A stretch of DNA of 64,000 nucleotides from Gemmatimonadota bacterium (GTDB taxonomy: Bacteria > Gemmatimonadota > Gemmatimonadetes > Gemmatimonadales > GWC2-71-9). The stretch lies in assembly GCA_031375485.1 (NCBI GenBank), contig JANMHX010000155.1, positions 8,491 to 72,490 of the forward strand. The letters run 5' to 3'. Below are positions 8,534-18,669 of the stretch, piece by piece. The notes beneath the pieces were generated by a model. It worked only from the letters and a program-made list of their open reading frames with translations, was not told the DNA's origin and did no database searches. Numbering within the stretch: position 1 is the first letter of the stretch; each line of letters opens with the position of its first letter. Both the position numbers and the translations under genes were made by a program.

Positions 8534-11191
8534 CTACTCGGACCGGATCACCACCAGGGGATCGACTTGGCTGGCGCGCCGCGCGGGAATCCAGGCCGCC
8601 GCGATGCCAACCACGCCCAGGAGGAGGGCGGCGCCGCCGAAGATCCACGGGTCCCACGGACTCATCTCATAGAGCATGGACCGAATCAGCCGCACCAAGC
8701 CCGCCGATGCCAACAGACCCACGACGAGGCCCGCGCCCACCCGCCGCATCCCGTCGCGAAGCACCAGAGCGGAGATTCGCTCCGGCACCGCCCCGACGGC
8801 CAGGCGGACCCCGAACTCGAAGTGCCGTTGCCGGACCGCGAACGCGATCAGCCCATAGAGCCCGACGAGCGCCAGGCCGAGCGACAAGACCGAGAAGAAG
8901 GCGACGATGGCCATGGTGAACCGCTGGCCGGCCGTGGCTTCCTCAAGGGCCGCCTCCGTCGTCCTCGCCGAACGAATCCGAACCCCGGGATCGGCGTCGC
9001 GAATCACCCGGCTCACGGCGCGAATCGGGCTCGCGCCGTTCGAGCGAACCAGCAAGGTCGCGCCGAAGTCCCCCGGCTCGTTCCGATGGTAGATCGTCGG
9101 CGCTCCGGCGAAGTCGGCGCCCCCGGACCGAAGGTTGGCCGCGACGCCGATCACGACCGAGCCCGTCTCCTTGGCGTCTCGGCCGAATCGAACGACTTGA
9201 CCCACGGCTGCGCCCGCGCCGCCAAAAACCCGCCGCGCCGTCGCCTCATCGATAATGACTTCTGATCCGGTGCTGTCGGGACCGAAACTGGTGCCCGCCA
9301 CGAGCCGCTGGCCGACCACGTCGAAATAGTCGGGGCCGATCGCCCGGGTCGGAAAAAATGCCACGGCCGCTTCGGCCGGCCACGGTCGCCCGGCGGGAAG
9401 AAACTCGGCCCGCATCACGCCGAAGTCGAGCGGGCTGTTCTGGGCCGCGGCTACGCCAGTGACGCCAGGCACCCGGCGGACCCGCTCGGCTAGGTCCCGG
9501 ATCATCTGGTCGCGTCGGGCGGCCGTCGGAAATTCCCGTTCCGGCAACGAGACCGACACCTGGGCTAACCCGGCGGCCTCGAACCCGAGGGGAAGGGTGA
9601 CCTCGCGGACGAAACTCTTGACCAACAGGCCGGCCCCGAGCAACAGCACCAGCGTGATGGCGATTTGGCCGACCACCAACGCCGACCGGAGCCGCCCGGC
9701 TCCTCGGCTGTCGAGGGTTCGCCGGGCCCGGCCGACCAAGGCGGTGGCCGCGTCGACTCGGGACACCGCCCACACCGGCGCCAGTCCAAAGCAGAGCGTG
9801 GCCGCGAGCGCAATCGCCGCCGCGATCAGGAAGGTCGTTCCGCTGATCCGGACGTCGTCGATGGTGAGCAGGTCCGGGGGCCGGAACCGCCGCGCCAGCG
9901 CCAACACGGCCCCGGTGACCCCGACCCCGAGCCCCGCGCCGAGCCCGCCCAGCAGCGCCGATTCGGCCAGGAGTTGCCGGATCACCCGGCCCCGACCGGC
10001 GCCTAACGCCGAGCGGACCCCGAACTCTTGGGTCCGGCCCGCCGCCTGGCCGAGCAGCAAGGCCGCCACGTTGGCGCAGGCCACCAACAGGATCAGCCCG
10101 ACCGCACTCAGGAGTAGCGACAGGGTGGCGCGAAGGGACGGATTGACCAAATCGTTGGCGCTGAAGAACACCAGCTGGAACGACCGGAGCAGATTGTCTC
10201 CGGATCCCGGCGCGGCCTTCAGGCGTGCATCGACCAGCCCCGCAACCGTGGCCGGCTCCGCCCCCGGGGCCAGGGTGACCAGGACCCGGCTTTGGTCCTG
10301 GGTTGGATCGGTGAGGCTCTGGCGGAGGGGGAGCCAGAACTCGGCCCGGGGGTCGCGGTCGATCGAGGTCAGATCGAAGCCAGGCTGGAACACCCCGACG
10401 ATCGTGGCGGCCTGGCCGTCGATCGGAACCGTCCGGCCGATGACGTCGGCCCGGCGGCTGAATCGCCGGGTCCACGTGGCGTACGAAAGAACCGTCACCA
10501 ACGGCGACCCGGCCAGGCTGTCCTCGGGGAGAAACGTCCGGCCCTCGGCGAGTCTGGCTCCGAGAGCCTCCGGCATCCCGACCGTGACGAGACGGGTGGC
10601 CACGATTTCCGGGGTGCCGTCGATATCGATCATGGATTGGGCGACTTGGTGGGCGTCGACCCTGACGATCCCGGGCGTCGCGGCCATCGCGATCCGGCTG
10701 GCCCGGTTCGGGTTGATCCGCATGCTGTGTTCGATCGTCCCGCTGGTGAACCACGGCACCGCCAGCCGGTCGGCGGTGGGATAGGGCAGGGGGTGGAGGG
10801 CCAACCGGTCAAACAGGCTGACCATGGCGGTGGTGAGCCCGATGCCGAGGCCCAACACCGTTACCGCGACGGCCGCAAAGGACCAGCTCCGGCGAAGTTC
10901 CCGGACCGCAAACCGAAGGTCGCGGCCGAGGTCCACCAGCCAGTCGATCCGCTCGGCACGACGCCCGGCGGATTGGTCGGCCGCGATCAGCTCGGCCCGA
11001 GCGGCGGTGACGTCGCCGAAGCGCCGGGCTGCTTCGGCGCGGGCCTCAGGTTCCGCCAGGCCCCGCGCCATCAGTTCCTGAATCCGCATGTTCATGTGGA
11101 ACTCGACCTCGGCCTCGACCTCGCCGAGGATGGCCTCGGGGCGACGGGAACCGAACCGAAACAGCCGCCGGAACTCGGGGAGTCGGAACAT
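8534..11191 (-). CDS. ADOP-family permease with N-terminal 'permease prefix' domain
   Basis: Start moved to MFRLPEFRR, 2 nt after the padR stop. Prefix EVEAEVEFHMNMRIQELMARGLAEPEARAEAARRFGD, then DLRFAVR, LLVACANVAALL and the end LVVIRSE. Confidence 0.92.
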   Translation of the reverse strand: MFRLPEFRRLFRFGSRRPEAILGEVEAEVEFHMNMRIQELMARGLAEPEARAEAARRFGDVTAARAELIAADQSAGRRAERIDWLVDLGRDLRFAVRELRRSWSFAAVAVTVLGLGIGLTTAMVSLFDRLALHPLPYPTADRLAVPWFTSGTIEHSMRINPNRASRIAMAATPGIVRVDAHQVAQSMIDIDGTPEIVATRLVTVGMPEALGARLAEGRTFLPEDSLAGSPLVTVLSYATWTRRFSRRADVIGRTVPIDGQAATIVGVFQPGFDLTSIDRDPRAEFWLPLRQSLTDPTQDQSRVLVTLAPGAEPATVAGLVDARLKAAPGSGDNLLRSFQLVFFSANDLVNPSLRATLSLLLSAVGLILLVACANVAALLLGQAAGRTQEFGVRSALGAGRGRVIRQLLAESALLGGLGAGLGVGVTGAVLALARRFRPPDLLTIDDVRISGTTFLIAAAIALAATLCFGLAPVWAVSRVDAATALVGRARRTLDSRGAGRLRSALVVGQIAITLVLLLGAGLLVKSFVREVTLPLGFEAAGLAQVSVSLPEREFPTAARRDQMIRDLAERVRRVPGVTGVAAAQNSPLDFGVMRAEFLPAGRPWPAEAAVAFFPTRAIGPDYFDVVGQRLVAGTSFGPDSTGSEVIIDEATARRVFGGAGAAVGQVVRFGRDAKETGSVVIGVAANLRSGGADFAGAPTIYHRNEPGDFGATLLVRSNGASPIRAVSRVIRDADPGVRIRSARTTEAALEEATAGQRFTMAIVAFFSVLSLGLALVGLYGLIAFAVRQRHFEFGVRLAVGAVPERISALVLRDGMRRVGAGLVVGLLASAGLVRLIRSMLYEMSPWDPWIFGGAALLLGVVGIAAAWIPARRASQVDPLVVIRSE

Positions 11192-11193
11192 GA

Positions 11194-11532
11194 TCAGGCC
11201 TCCGCCGCTTTCAGCACTGAGACGACCGCGGCGGCGTAGCGGTGCCAGACGTCTGCTTCGGCCGCGAGCAGGGTCCGGCCGTGCCTGGTCAACTGGTAGT
11301 ATTTGGCCCGGCGGTTCGACTCGGACACCCCCCAATCGGAGTCGACCGCTCCGGCGGCTTCGAGGCGGTGGAGGGCTTTGTAGAGGGCGGCATCCTCGAC
11401 GGTGAAGACCCCGTTGGTCCGGTCTTCAATCCAGCGGGAGACGGCGTAACCGTGGGCTGGCCCTATGGCGAGTGATTTGAGGACGAGGACGTCGAGAGTG
11501 CCGTGAAGCAGATCGCTCGGTTGTTTGGCCAT
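11194..11532 (-). CDS. PadR-family transcriptional regulator (Acidobacterial type)
   Basis: LLHGTLDVLVLKSL..PAHGYAV..ALYKALHRLE..WGVSESNRRAKYYQLT; lies directly upstream of an ADOP gene. Confidence 0.95.
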   Translation of the reverse strand: MAKQPSDLLHGTLDVLVLKSLAIGPAHGYAVSRWIEDRTNGVFTVEDAALYKALHRLEAAGAVDSDWGVSESNRRAKYYQLTRHGRTLLAAEADVWHRYAAAVVSVLKAAEA

Positions 11533-11593
11533 GGCTGCGGCGTCCTTAACAAAGAGCGGAGGTTATTCCACACACCAGGTGGGGCGTGCGTCT

Positions 11594-11624
11594 ACAGTAC
11601 GCCTCACCTAGTGTTTGGTCAAGG
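11594..11624 (-). promoter_or_regulatory. Sigma70 promoter of padR-ADOP operon, overlapped by an imperfect inverted repeat
   Basis: Minus strand TTGACC-N17-TACTGT. CCTAG-N8-CAAGG (11607-11624) covers the -35. Confidence 0.6.
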
Positions 11625-11864
11625 GCGGCCTCACTTCGGTGACTCAGATGGCATCTGTGTCTATTTGAAACAACCCCGTTTCGAAGTGACGCGTCTCCGC
11701 TCACGGTTCACTTTGTAATCCATTCAAATGAATAGAGATAGCGATTGGCTGCGGTCGGCCTACGACTTGCCTAGTAGATCCAATTCCCAAGAAAATTCTG
11801 GGTATTTCGAAGAAAAAGTTTCGGTGTTTGTCGGACCCTTCCTTCTTTCCAGTGCAAAAGGAGC

Positions 11865-14800
11865 TTGTCTATGTTCAATCGGGTGGCCGGAAGCGGTGTG
11901 ATCGCCTTGCTCATGGCGACCGCCCCGCTGGCCGCACAGCAGCGGCAGTTGACGGGTACGGTGGTCGGAGCCCAGAGTAAGCGACCGGTGGCCGAAGCGT
12001 CGGTCGTCGTGGTCGGTGGAGCCGGGGCTCGGACCAACGCGGATGGGAAGTTCACGTTGGCGGCCCCAGCGGGGCAGTTCCAAGTGACCGTCCGGGCGAT
12101 CGGGTTCGTGCGGAAGACGATCGCGGTGTCGGCTACGGAAACCACTCTGAACGTCGACCTCGCCGAGGACATCTTCCGGCTCGAGGAAATCGTCACGACG
12201 GGCCAGGCCACCTCGATCGCCAAGCGCAACGCCACCACGGCAAGCGTCACCGTCGAGGCCGAGGATTTGACCCGGGCCCCCGCGGTGTCGCTCGACCAGG
12301 CGCTCCAGGGCAAGGTGCCCGGTGCCCAGGTGTTCCTGAACGGCGGCGGTCCCGGCGGCGGTGCCCAGATTCAGATTCGCGGCGCCAGTTCGATCTTGGG
12401 CAACAGCCAGCCGCTCTTCATTCTGGACGGCGCCATCATCAGTAACGACGGGTTCTCGGGCGGGTTGAACGCCCTCTCGTTTGCGACCGGTCAGTCCGGC
12501 GTCACCACGAGCAACCAGGACGCGGTGGTCAACCGGCTCTCCGACATCAATCCGAACGAGATCGAGTCGATCGAAATCATCAAGTCGGCGGCCGCGACGG
12601 CTATCTACGGCAGCCGGGCCACCAACGGCGTGGTGGTGATCAAGACCAAGCGGGGCGCCGCCGGATCCACCAAGGTCAACTTGACCCAACGGATCGGGAC
12701 CCAGTCGCCGCTCAAGCTCTTGGGCAGCCGCCAGTTCTCGTCGGTCCAACAGGTGCTCGACATCCCGTTCGGTAACGGCAACAGCGGCAAGGACTGGCTG
12801 AATGCCAAGTTCCCGACCGGCGTTATCCCGGCCTCGGCCAACATCGATCTCGGGAAGCAGTTCTTCGACAACAAGGACCCGTCGTACGAGTCGATTGCCA
12901 GCATGACCGGCGGCAGCGACAAGTTCTCGTACTTCGCGAGCGCGACGAACCGGAAAGAGACCGGTCTGATGCCCAACACCGGCGCCCGGCTCCAGTCGTT
13001 CCGGTTCAACGGCGACCAGAAGCTCGGCAGCAAGTTCTCGGTGGCCTTGAGCGCCAACATTACCCGCAACATTCTCAACCGGGGTGTCTCGGGCAACGAA
13101 AACAACTGCAGCAGCCCGGTCTATTGTATGGCCTATACCCCGGGCATCATCGACCTGAGCCAGCCGGACGACCTCGGGAACTATCCGATCAACGTCTTCA
13201 ACGGCGGCGGCATCGGGTCCTCGAACTGGTTCCAGGAGTTCGCGGCGATCAAGAACACCCAGTCGATCTTCCGGCAGTTGGCCAGCACGAACGTCAACTA
13301 CAGCGTGATCGAAAACCAGACCAGCCGCTTGGCGATCTCGGTGTTGGGCGGGATCGACCACTATGTGCAGGACGCCTACATCTTCTCGCCGGCCTTCCTC
13401 CAACTCGAGGGCTTCGACGGGTTCCGGGGCCGGGTGGTACAGTCCACGGTCAACGGGCTCAACTACAACGCCCAGGCCAACGCGGTTTGGACCTATACCG
13501 GCATTCAGGGCACGGCGCTTACCACCTCGGTTGGCGGCTCGATCGAACGGCAGGCCACCAACTTCTACGACATCTTGGCCCGTGGCCTCCTGCCCGGTCA
13601 GACCAACGTGCAGCAGGGGTCGGCTCCGATCGCGGTCACCCAGCAGTTCCAGGAGTTCCGGGACCAGGCGGTCTACGCGAACGAGCAGATCCTGACCCTC
13701 AACGGCAAGCTGTCGCTGAGCGGCGGGGTTCGCGCCGACCGGTCGAGCAGCAACGGCGACGTGAGCAAGTTCTACGCGTTCCCGCGCGGGTCGGCGGCCT
13801 ACAACTTCGGCGCCTTCGGTCCGTTCTCGTCGTTCAAACTGCGCGGCGGCATCGGGCGGAGCGGCAACCGGCCCCGGTTCGGCGACCGCGACCTACTGGG
13901 AACGCCGGTTTTGGTCGGCGGGCAACAGGGCGTCATCGTTCCGAACACGGTCGGCAACGCGGCCATCAAGCCGGAAACGTTGACCGAGTACGAAGGCGGC
14001 GCCGACCTGACGTTCTTCAATGAACGGGTCCAGATCGAGGCCACCTACTATCAGCGGAAGATCAGCGACCAACTGCTCAACCCGGCCGTGGCGCCGAGCA
14101 GTGGATTCGGTAACGTGGTGGTGAACGCCGGCCGGCTCACCACAAAGGGCGCCGAAGTCGGCTTGACGGTGGTGCCGGTCAATCGCCGGGACCTTCAGTG
14201 GACCGCGATTACCTCATTCCAGAAGAACAATCAGTTGGTGACCGACCTCCCGTCGTTCATTCCCCCGTTCAATCCGTCGGGCGGCAATTCGGGCTCGACC
14301 CGGCCCCGGATCATCAGCGGTCAAGTGACGACGAAGATCTGGGGGCTGATTCCCTACATCAACGGCGTCCGGCAGCCGGTTGGTTACACCTACCTCCGGT
14401 CGATCGGGAGCCCGGCGGCCCCGACCGCAGTAACGGCGCTCGACTCGATCATCGATGATGCCAATCCGAAGTTCCAGATGTACTTCAACAACTCGATCAC
14501 CTACAAGCGCCTGACCTTGGGCTTCAGCGTGGATTGGCGGAAGGGCGGCGGGGTCTTCAACTTCACCCAGGAAATTCTGGATGAGGGCGGGACCACCAAA
14601 GACTATGACGACGCCGTCACGCTCAAGAACGCGCCCCGGGGCACCACCCAGGCCATCATCGACGCCTTGCCGGCCGGCACCAAGCTGGGCCAGTTCCGGC
14701 TCCGGGCGTACGAGGAGGGTGGCCGTGACTCACGGGTCTACACCCAGGACGGCGGGTACGTCCGGCTTCGCGACTTGTCGCTCGGGATGGAAGCGCCGCG

Positions 14801-14996
14801 GGCCTGGGCCCAGGCTCTCCGCGCGAGTTCCATGCGGTTCAGCCTCCAAGGCCGGAACCTCCTGATGTTCACCAAGTACACCTCGTTCGATCCCGAAAAC
14901 GTTCGGCGCGGCAGCCAGAACATCCGGCAGGCCCAAGATCTGGCCTCGTTCCCGGGCTCCCGTCAGTTCTACTTCTCCATCGACCTGGGGTTCTGA
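11865..14996 (+). CDS. SusC/RagA-family TonB-dependent outer-membrane transporter
   Basis: Signal peptide, carboxypeptidase-like N-domain, plug motif DINPNEIESIEIIKSAAATAIYGSRATNGVVVIKTKRG, KPETLTEYEGG and C-terminal F (IDLGF). Confidence 0.95.
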   Translation: MSMFNRVAGSGVIALLMATAPLAAQQRQLTGTVVGAQSKRPVAEASVVVVGGAGARTNADGKFTLAAPAGQFQVTVRAIGFVRKTIAVSATETTLNVDLAEDIFRLEEIVTTGQATSIAKRNATTASVTVEAEDLTRAPAVSLDQALQGKVPGAQVFLNGGGPGGGAQIQIRGASSILGNSQPLFILDGAIISNDGFSGGLNALSFATGQSGVTTSNQDAVVNRLSDINPNEIESIEIIKSAAATAIYGSRATNGVVVIKTKRGAAGSTKVNLTQRIGTQSPLKLLGSRQFSSVQQVLDIPFGNGNSGKDWLNAKFPTGVIPASANIDLGKQFFDNKDPSYESIASMTGGSDKFSYFASATNRKETGLMPNTGARLQSFRFNGDQKLGSKFSVALSANITRNILNRGVSGNENNCSSPVYCMAYTPGIIDLSQPDDLGNYPINVFNGGGIGSSNWFQEFAAIKNTQSIFRQLASTNVNYSVIENQTSRLAISVLGGIDHYVQDAYIFSPAFLQLEGFDGFRGRVVQSTVNGLNYNAQANAVWTYTGIQGTALTTSVGGSIERQATNFYDILARGLLPGQTNVQQGSAPIAVTQQFQEFRDQAVYANEQILTLNGKLSLSGGVRADRSSSNGDVSKFYAFPRGSAAYNFGAFGPFSSFKLRGGIGRSGNRPRFGDRDLLGTPVLVGGQQGVIVPNTVGNAAIKPETLTEYEGGADLTFFNERVQIEATYYQRKISDQLLNPAVAPSSGFGNVVVNAGRLTTKGAEVGLTVVPVNRRDLQWTAITSFQKNNQLVTDLPSFIPPFNPSGGNSGSTRPRIISGQVTTKIWGLIPYINGVRQPVGYTYLRSIGSPAAPTAVTALDSIIDDANPKFQMYFNNSITYKRLTLGFSVDWRKGGGVFNFTQEILDEGGTTKDYDDAVTLKNAPRGTTQAIIDALPAGTKLGQFRLRAYEEGGRDSRVYTQDGGYVRLRDLSLGMEAPRAWAQALRASSMRFSLQGRNLLMFTKYTSFDPENVRRGSQNIRQAQDLASFPGSRQFYFSIDLGF

Positions 14997-14999
14997 CCG

Positions 15000-16472
15000 A
15001 TGCGATACTCCGATTTCATCAACCGCTCGCTCCGTGCGATCGTGCCCGGGGCCCTCGTGCTGGCGACTGCCTGCTCGGCGGATAGCCTCATCGTTCCCAA
15101 CAAAAATGCCCCGAACTTGGGCGGCACCCAGAACAGCCGGGCCGCCATCAACCTGGCCGTCCAGGGGGTGCTCAGTACGGTTCGGGCCAACACCTCGAAC
15201 TTCATCACCTCCGCCGGCGCCTACGGCCGCGAGTATTGGCTGATGCAGCCCCAGTTCGGCGGTACCATCAGCGGACCGTACCGCGATTGGAAAGTCAATT
15301 CGCTGAACGGCGGCGGCCTCTGGGGCGGATTCTTCCGCGACCTCCGCAACATTACGGTGGCCAAAGAAGTCCTCGATACGGCGAGCGCGAGCCTGACCGC
15401 GGCCGAGAAGTCCGGAACCCGCGGGGTGTTGTACACCATCCAGGGACTCGAGCAGCTGTTCTTGCTGCTGGGGCGTGATACGCTCGGGACGGTCACTCAA
15501 GTCACCGGTAACCCGACCGACATCAAGCCGTTCGTCTCCCGTGATTCCGGGTACCGGTTCACCACGGCCATTTTGGACTCCGGTTTGGCGGCCTTGCAAG
15601 GCGGCGGCGCCTCGTTCCCCTTCACCTTGGCCCCCGGCTTTGTCGGGAGCCCGGGCGCCGGATTTGCCGGGGGTAGCGTTGGCTTCGATGCCTCGACGCC
15701 GGCCGGCTTCGTCAAGGTCAACCGGGCGCTCAAGGCTCGGGTCGAGGCCTATCGCGGCTCGATCGGCTGCGGGGTTCCGTGCTACACGGCCGCACTGGCC
15801 GCGCTGCAGGGGTCGTTCTTCACCGGGGTGGCGGGGTATACCAGAGCCAACCGTGGCTTGGGTGTGTATCACGTCTTTTCGGCGTCGACCAACGACGTGG
15901 CTAACCTGCTCTTCCCGGGCGGCGGCCAGTTCAACTACATGAACACGTCGCTCAAGACCGTCCCGGGCGTCACGGCCGACCTTCGGTACATCGAGAAAGT
16001 TCAACCCGCGCCGTTGGTTGGTAACGTCGAAGGGTTCACCAGCGACATCGAGCCCAAGGTGTATGCCAATATCACAACCCCGGTGCCGCTGATCCGGAAC
16101 GAGGAACTCATCCTCCTGTATGCCGAGGCGAGCTACTTCACCGGCGCCACCACCCAGGCGCTCGATGCCATTAACGCGGTGCGGACGTTGTCGGGTGGCT
16201 TGACGGCCCGCGGCGCCTTTGCAGATGCGACCGATTTCCGGACTGAGCTGTTGGCCCAGCGCCGGCTGTCCCTGTTGTTCGAGGGGCATCGGTGGGTCGA
16301 CAACCGCCGGTTGCTCGGCAACGTCGCGCTCAACAACCTCCGGTTGCAGTATCCGTCCGGCGTGTCCGAGCCGGCGTCGTACTCCGTGGCAACCTCGCTT
16401 CCGGTGCCCTCGGGCGAGTGCGATTCTCGCCGTCAGAGCGGGAACACGGCGTTGGCCGGCCCCGGCTGCTGA
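15000..16472 (+). CDS. SusD/RagB-family surface lipoprotein
   Basis: Lipobox LATAC, LIRNEELILLYAEA and RRLSLLFEGHRWVDNRR; 3 nt after susC. Confidence 0.92.
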   Translation: MRYSDFINRSLRAIVPGALVLATACSADSLIVPNKNAPNLGGTQNSRAAINLAVQGVLSTVRANTSNFITSAGAYGREYWLMQPQFGGTISGPYRDWKVNSLNGGGLWGGFFRDLRNITVAKEVLDTASASLTAAEKSGTRGVLYTIQGLEQLFLLLGRDTLGTVTQVTGNPTDIKPFVSRDSGYRFTTAILDSGLAALQGGGASFPFTLAPGFVGSPGAGFAGGSVGFDASTPAGFVKVNRALKARVEAYRGSIGCGVPCYTAALAALQGSFFTGVAGYTRANRGLGVYHVFSASTNDVANLLFPGGGQFNYMNTSLKTVPGVTADLRYIEKVQPAPLVGNVEGFTSDIEPKVYANITTPVPLIRNEELILLYAEASYFTGATTQALDAINAVRTLSGGLTARGAFADATDFRTELLAQRRLSLLFEGHRWVDNRRLLGNVALNNLRLQYPSGVSEPASYSVATSLPVPSGECDSRRQSGNTALAGPGC

Positions 16473-16492
16473 GGAGGGGTCCGACCTGAAAT

Positions 16493-16528
16493 CAAACGGC
16501 CCGCCAGGTTCGACTGGCGGGCCGTTTG
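16493..16528. terminator. Bidirectional intrinsic terminator
   Basis: Perfect 15-bp stem caaacggcccgccag / ctggcgggccgtttg between convergent genes. Confidence 0.85.
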
Positions 16529-16550
16529 CTTTCCAGGTCTTCGAGTCGGG

Positions 16551-18305
16551 CTACTTGGCCAGCTCGATCAATACTGCCGCCAGCTTCCGAACCCGTTCGG
16601 AGTCACCGGCGCCGCCGGCGTCCTGATCCAACTGCTTGGCGAGGGTGGTCAGTGCGGTCCGCCGGGCGGCGCCCTTCAGCCGCTCGGCCTTATCCAGGCT
16701 CCGACCGACGGGCGCCGCCCATGCCTTCCGAAGCCCGTCGTTCCGGACCAGTTGATCGAGATAGGCCCGGGCCACCACGAACGCCGCCGGCCAGGTGATC
16801 TTCGGCTGAAGCTGGGCGTTGAACTGGTCGAACCGAACCAGCTTGGCCGCGTCGATTTCGTGCTGGGTCAGGTACTGGTTCGGGATCAACTCGAGAATGT
16901 CGAGCCCCCGGGAGATCTCCGATCCGTAAATCAGCCCATTGTACCAGTAGCTCGACCACTGCCCGGCCTGCACCGCCTTGGCCGCATCGACCGGCCCTCG
17001 GTCGAAGTACCCGACCTCGAACGGATGCCGCGGGTCGGTAAAGTCCATGATCGAGATCCCGCCCTGGTACCACGACTGGACGAACAAATCGCGGCCCGGC
17101 ACCGGGATCAGCGAGCCGTTATGCGCCACACAGTTCTCTTGCTCGGTTTGCGCGGCCGGCAGCTTGAAGAAACTCGTCTGGGTCAGCGTGCCGTTGCTGC
17201 GCGAGTAGATCGCGTTGGCGCCCCACTCCGGTTTGTCGGTCGAGCGGCATCGGGGCGCGCTCCCGCCGCCCCATTCATCGGTGAACACCAACGTGGTCGC
17301 GTCGTTGTTGAAGGTCGCCGAGTGCCAGTAGGCGAAGTTGGGATCACTGACCTCGGTGATCCGTTTCGGATGCGCCGGGTCACGAATGTCGAGCAGAATG
17401 CCGTTGCCCGAACAGGCCCCGGCCGCGATGCCCAACTCCGGATACGCCGTGATATCGTGACACTGGTTCGTTTCCGAGGTCTCTTGCGCGTCGGGGCCGC
17501 CTTTGTTCGCCTTGGCCAAGCCCGCGATGGTGCCCTTGTCATCCGCAAAGATCCGCGGGGTGTTCACGATCTTGGCGTCCTGCGGCGCCGCGAGCGGGAC
17601 CCGGATCACTTCGATCTGGAACAGCGACGTGTTGGGGTCCTGGTCCGGAGGCAGACCCGAACACCCCGGCAGTTCCTTGCCCGAGCGCACGATACTGGTG
17701 CCCGAGACATAGACGTAGATGTTGGCCTGGTCGTTCGGATCCGTCACCAAGGTATGGGTGTGAGAGCCCCGGCAGGTTTGCACCGCGGCCAACACCTTCG
17801 GGTGGTCAAGGTCACTGATGTCATAGATTCGAACGCCCCGAAACCGCTCGGCGCTGACCGTATCGGTCACGCCCTGGGACCCGCAATCCAGCCGTCCGCT
17901 GGTGGCTTGAATCGAGATGAACAGCAGATTGCCGAACACGGACGGGTCGCCCTGGTTGCCGGGGCAGGTGACCGAGGTCCGGAGCGTTGGGCTCCGGGGG
18001 TTGGAGACATCCCAGATCTGGAACCCGGAATAGTTCCCCTGGAAGACCAAGTTGCCGCGGAACGCCAAATCGGAGTTGCCGTGGGCCCCGCCGCCATAGG
18101 GCGCGGCCGGGTCGAAGAAGCCGGCCGGCTTGTCATGATGCCCGATCAGGGTCATGCCGCTGGCGGCGATACCGGCGTCTTTCCAGCCGGCCTTGAGACC
18201 GACGCGAGGATCGGCGGTTTGCGCGTTCGCGGCGGCCACGGCCATCAGGCCGATCGAGACGGCGGCCAAGCGCCGGGTAAGGCGGGGAAGGGCAGCGATG
18301 GTCAT
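16551..18305 (-). CDS. Secreted LVIVD-repeat protein
   Basis: Start moved to MTIAALPRL (GGAG RBS). Has NSDLAFRG, FQIWDVSNP, CRGSHTHT, CHDIT, YWHSATFNND and CVAHNG. Confidence 0.85.
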   Translation of the reverse strand: MTIAALPRLTRRLAAVSIGLMAVAAANAQTADPRVGLKAGWKDAGIAASGMTLIGHHDKPAGFFDPAAPYGGGAHGNSDLAFRGNLVFQGNYSGFQIWDVSNPRSPTLRTSVTCPGNQGDPSVFGNLLFISIQATSGRLDCGSQGVTDTVSAERFRGVRIYDISDLDHPKVLAAVQTCRGSHTHTLVTDPNDQANIYVYVSGTSIVRSGKELPGCSGLPPDQDPNTSLFQIEVIRVPLAAPQDAKIVNTPRIFADDKGTIAGLAKANKGGPDAQETSETNQCHDITAYPELGIAAGACSGNGILLDIRDPAHPKRITEVSDPNFAYWHSATFNNDATTLVFTDEWGGGSAPRCRSTDKPEWGANAIYSRSNGTLTQTSFFKLPAAQTEQENCVAHNGSLIPVPGRDLFVQSWYQGGISIMDFTDPRHPFEVGYFDRGPVDAAKAVQAGQWSSYWYNGLIYGSEISRGLDILELIPNQYLTQHEIDAAKLVRFDQFNAQLQPKITWPAAFVVARAYLDQLVRNDGLRKAWAAPVGRSLDKAERLKGAARRTALTTLAKQLDQDAGGAGDSERVRKLAAVLIELAK

Positions 18306-18479
18306 CAGGTACTCCGGGGGGGTGAAGTCGCGGAGTGAAGCTACCGCGCCGTCAGTCCGTCGGCAAACGATCGGCTCAATGGGTGACCAAGGCGACCCTA
18401 CGCCAGGCAAGGTTTTTTCCCAACTTGTTCTCGAGACCGGTTTTCCGATATTGCCTGGGTCCTTCGCGGAGTCAGTCTG

Positions 18480-18668
18480 ATGTCGGGTGTCTGGTCGAGT
18501 GTCTTCGAAGTGGTGGCGAGTTTCGGAGTCGTTGGCGTGTTCGCGGTGCTGGCCTGCGGTGGTCCGGTGTGGCGCCGCTACCGGCGCCGCCGGCGCGGCC
18601 GATCCCGGCCGAAAACCCGTCCCACCATCCCGCACCTCGTCGCGATTCCGCGGACCCGGGAGTGGTAG
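18480..18668 (+). CDS. Putative 62-aa small membrane protein
   Basis: GGAG about 8 nt before ATG. Hydrophobic stretch followed by an Arg-rich tail; lies in an otherwise empty intergenic space. Confidence 0.4.
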   Translation: MSGVWSSVFEVVASFGVVGVFAVLACGGPVWRRYRRRRRGRSRPKTRPTIPHLVAIPRTREW

Positions 18669-18669
18669 G

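Noticed and set aside
11533-11864. Riboswitch or sRNA in the padR-susC spacer
   Set aside because: Only very short hairpins (for example TCAC-TTCG-GTGA); no cobalamin, TPP or other recognisable aptamer consensus.
11760-16289. Long antisense ORFs (547 and 519 aa) over susC/susD, plus similar ones at 16752-18338, 40689-42596 and 60098-61801
   Set aside because: Shadow ORFs caused by high GC3. They have no recognisable motifs and lie fully opposite well-supported genes.
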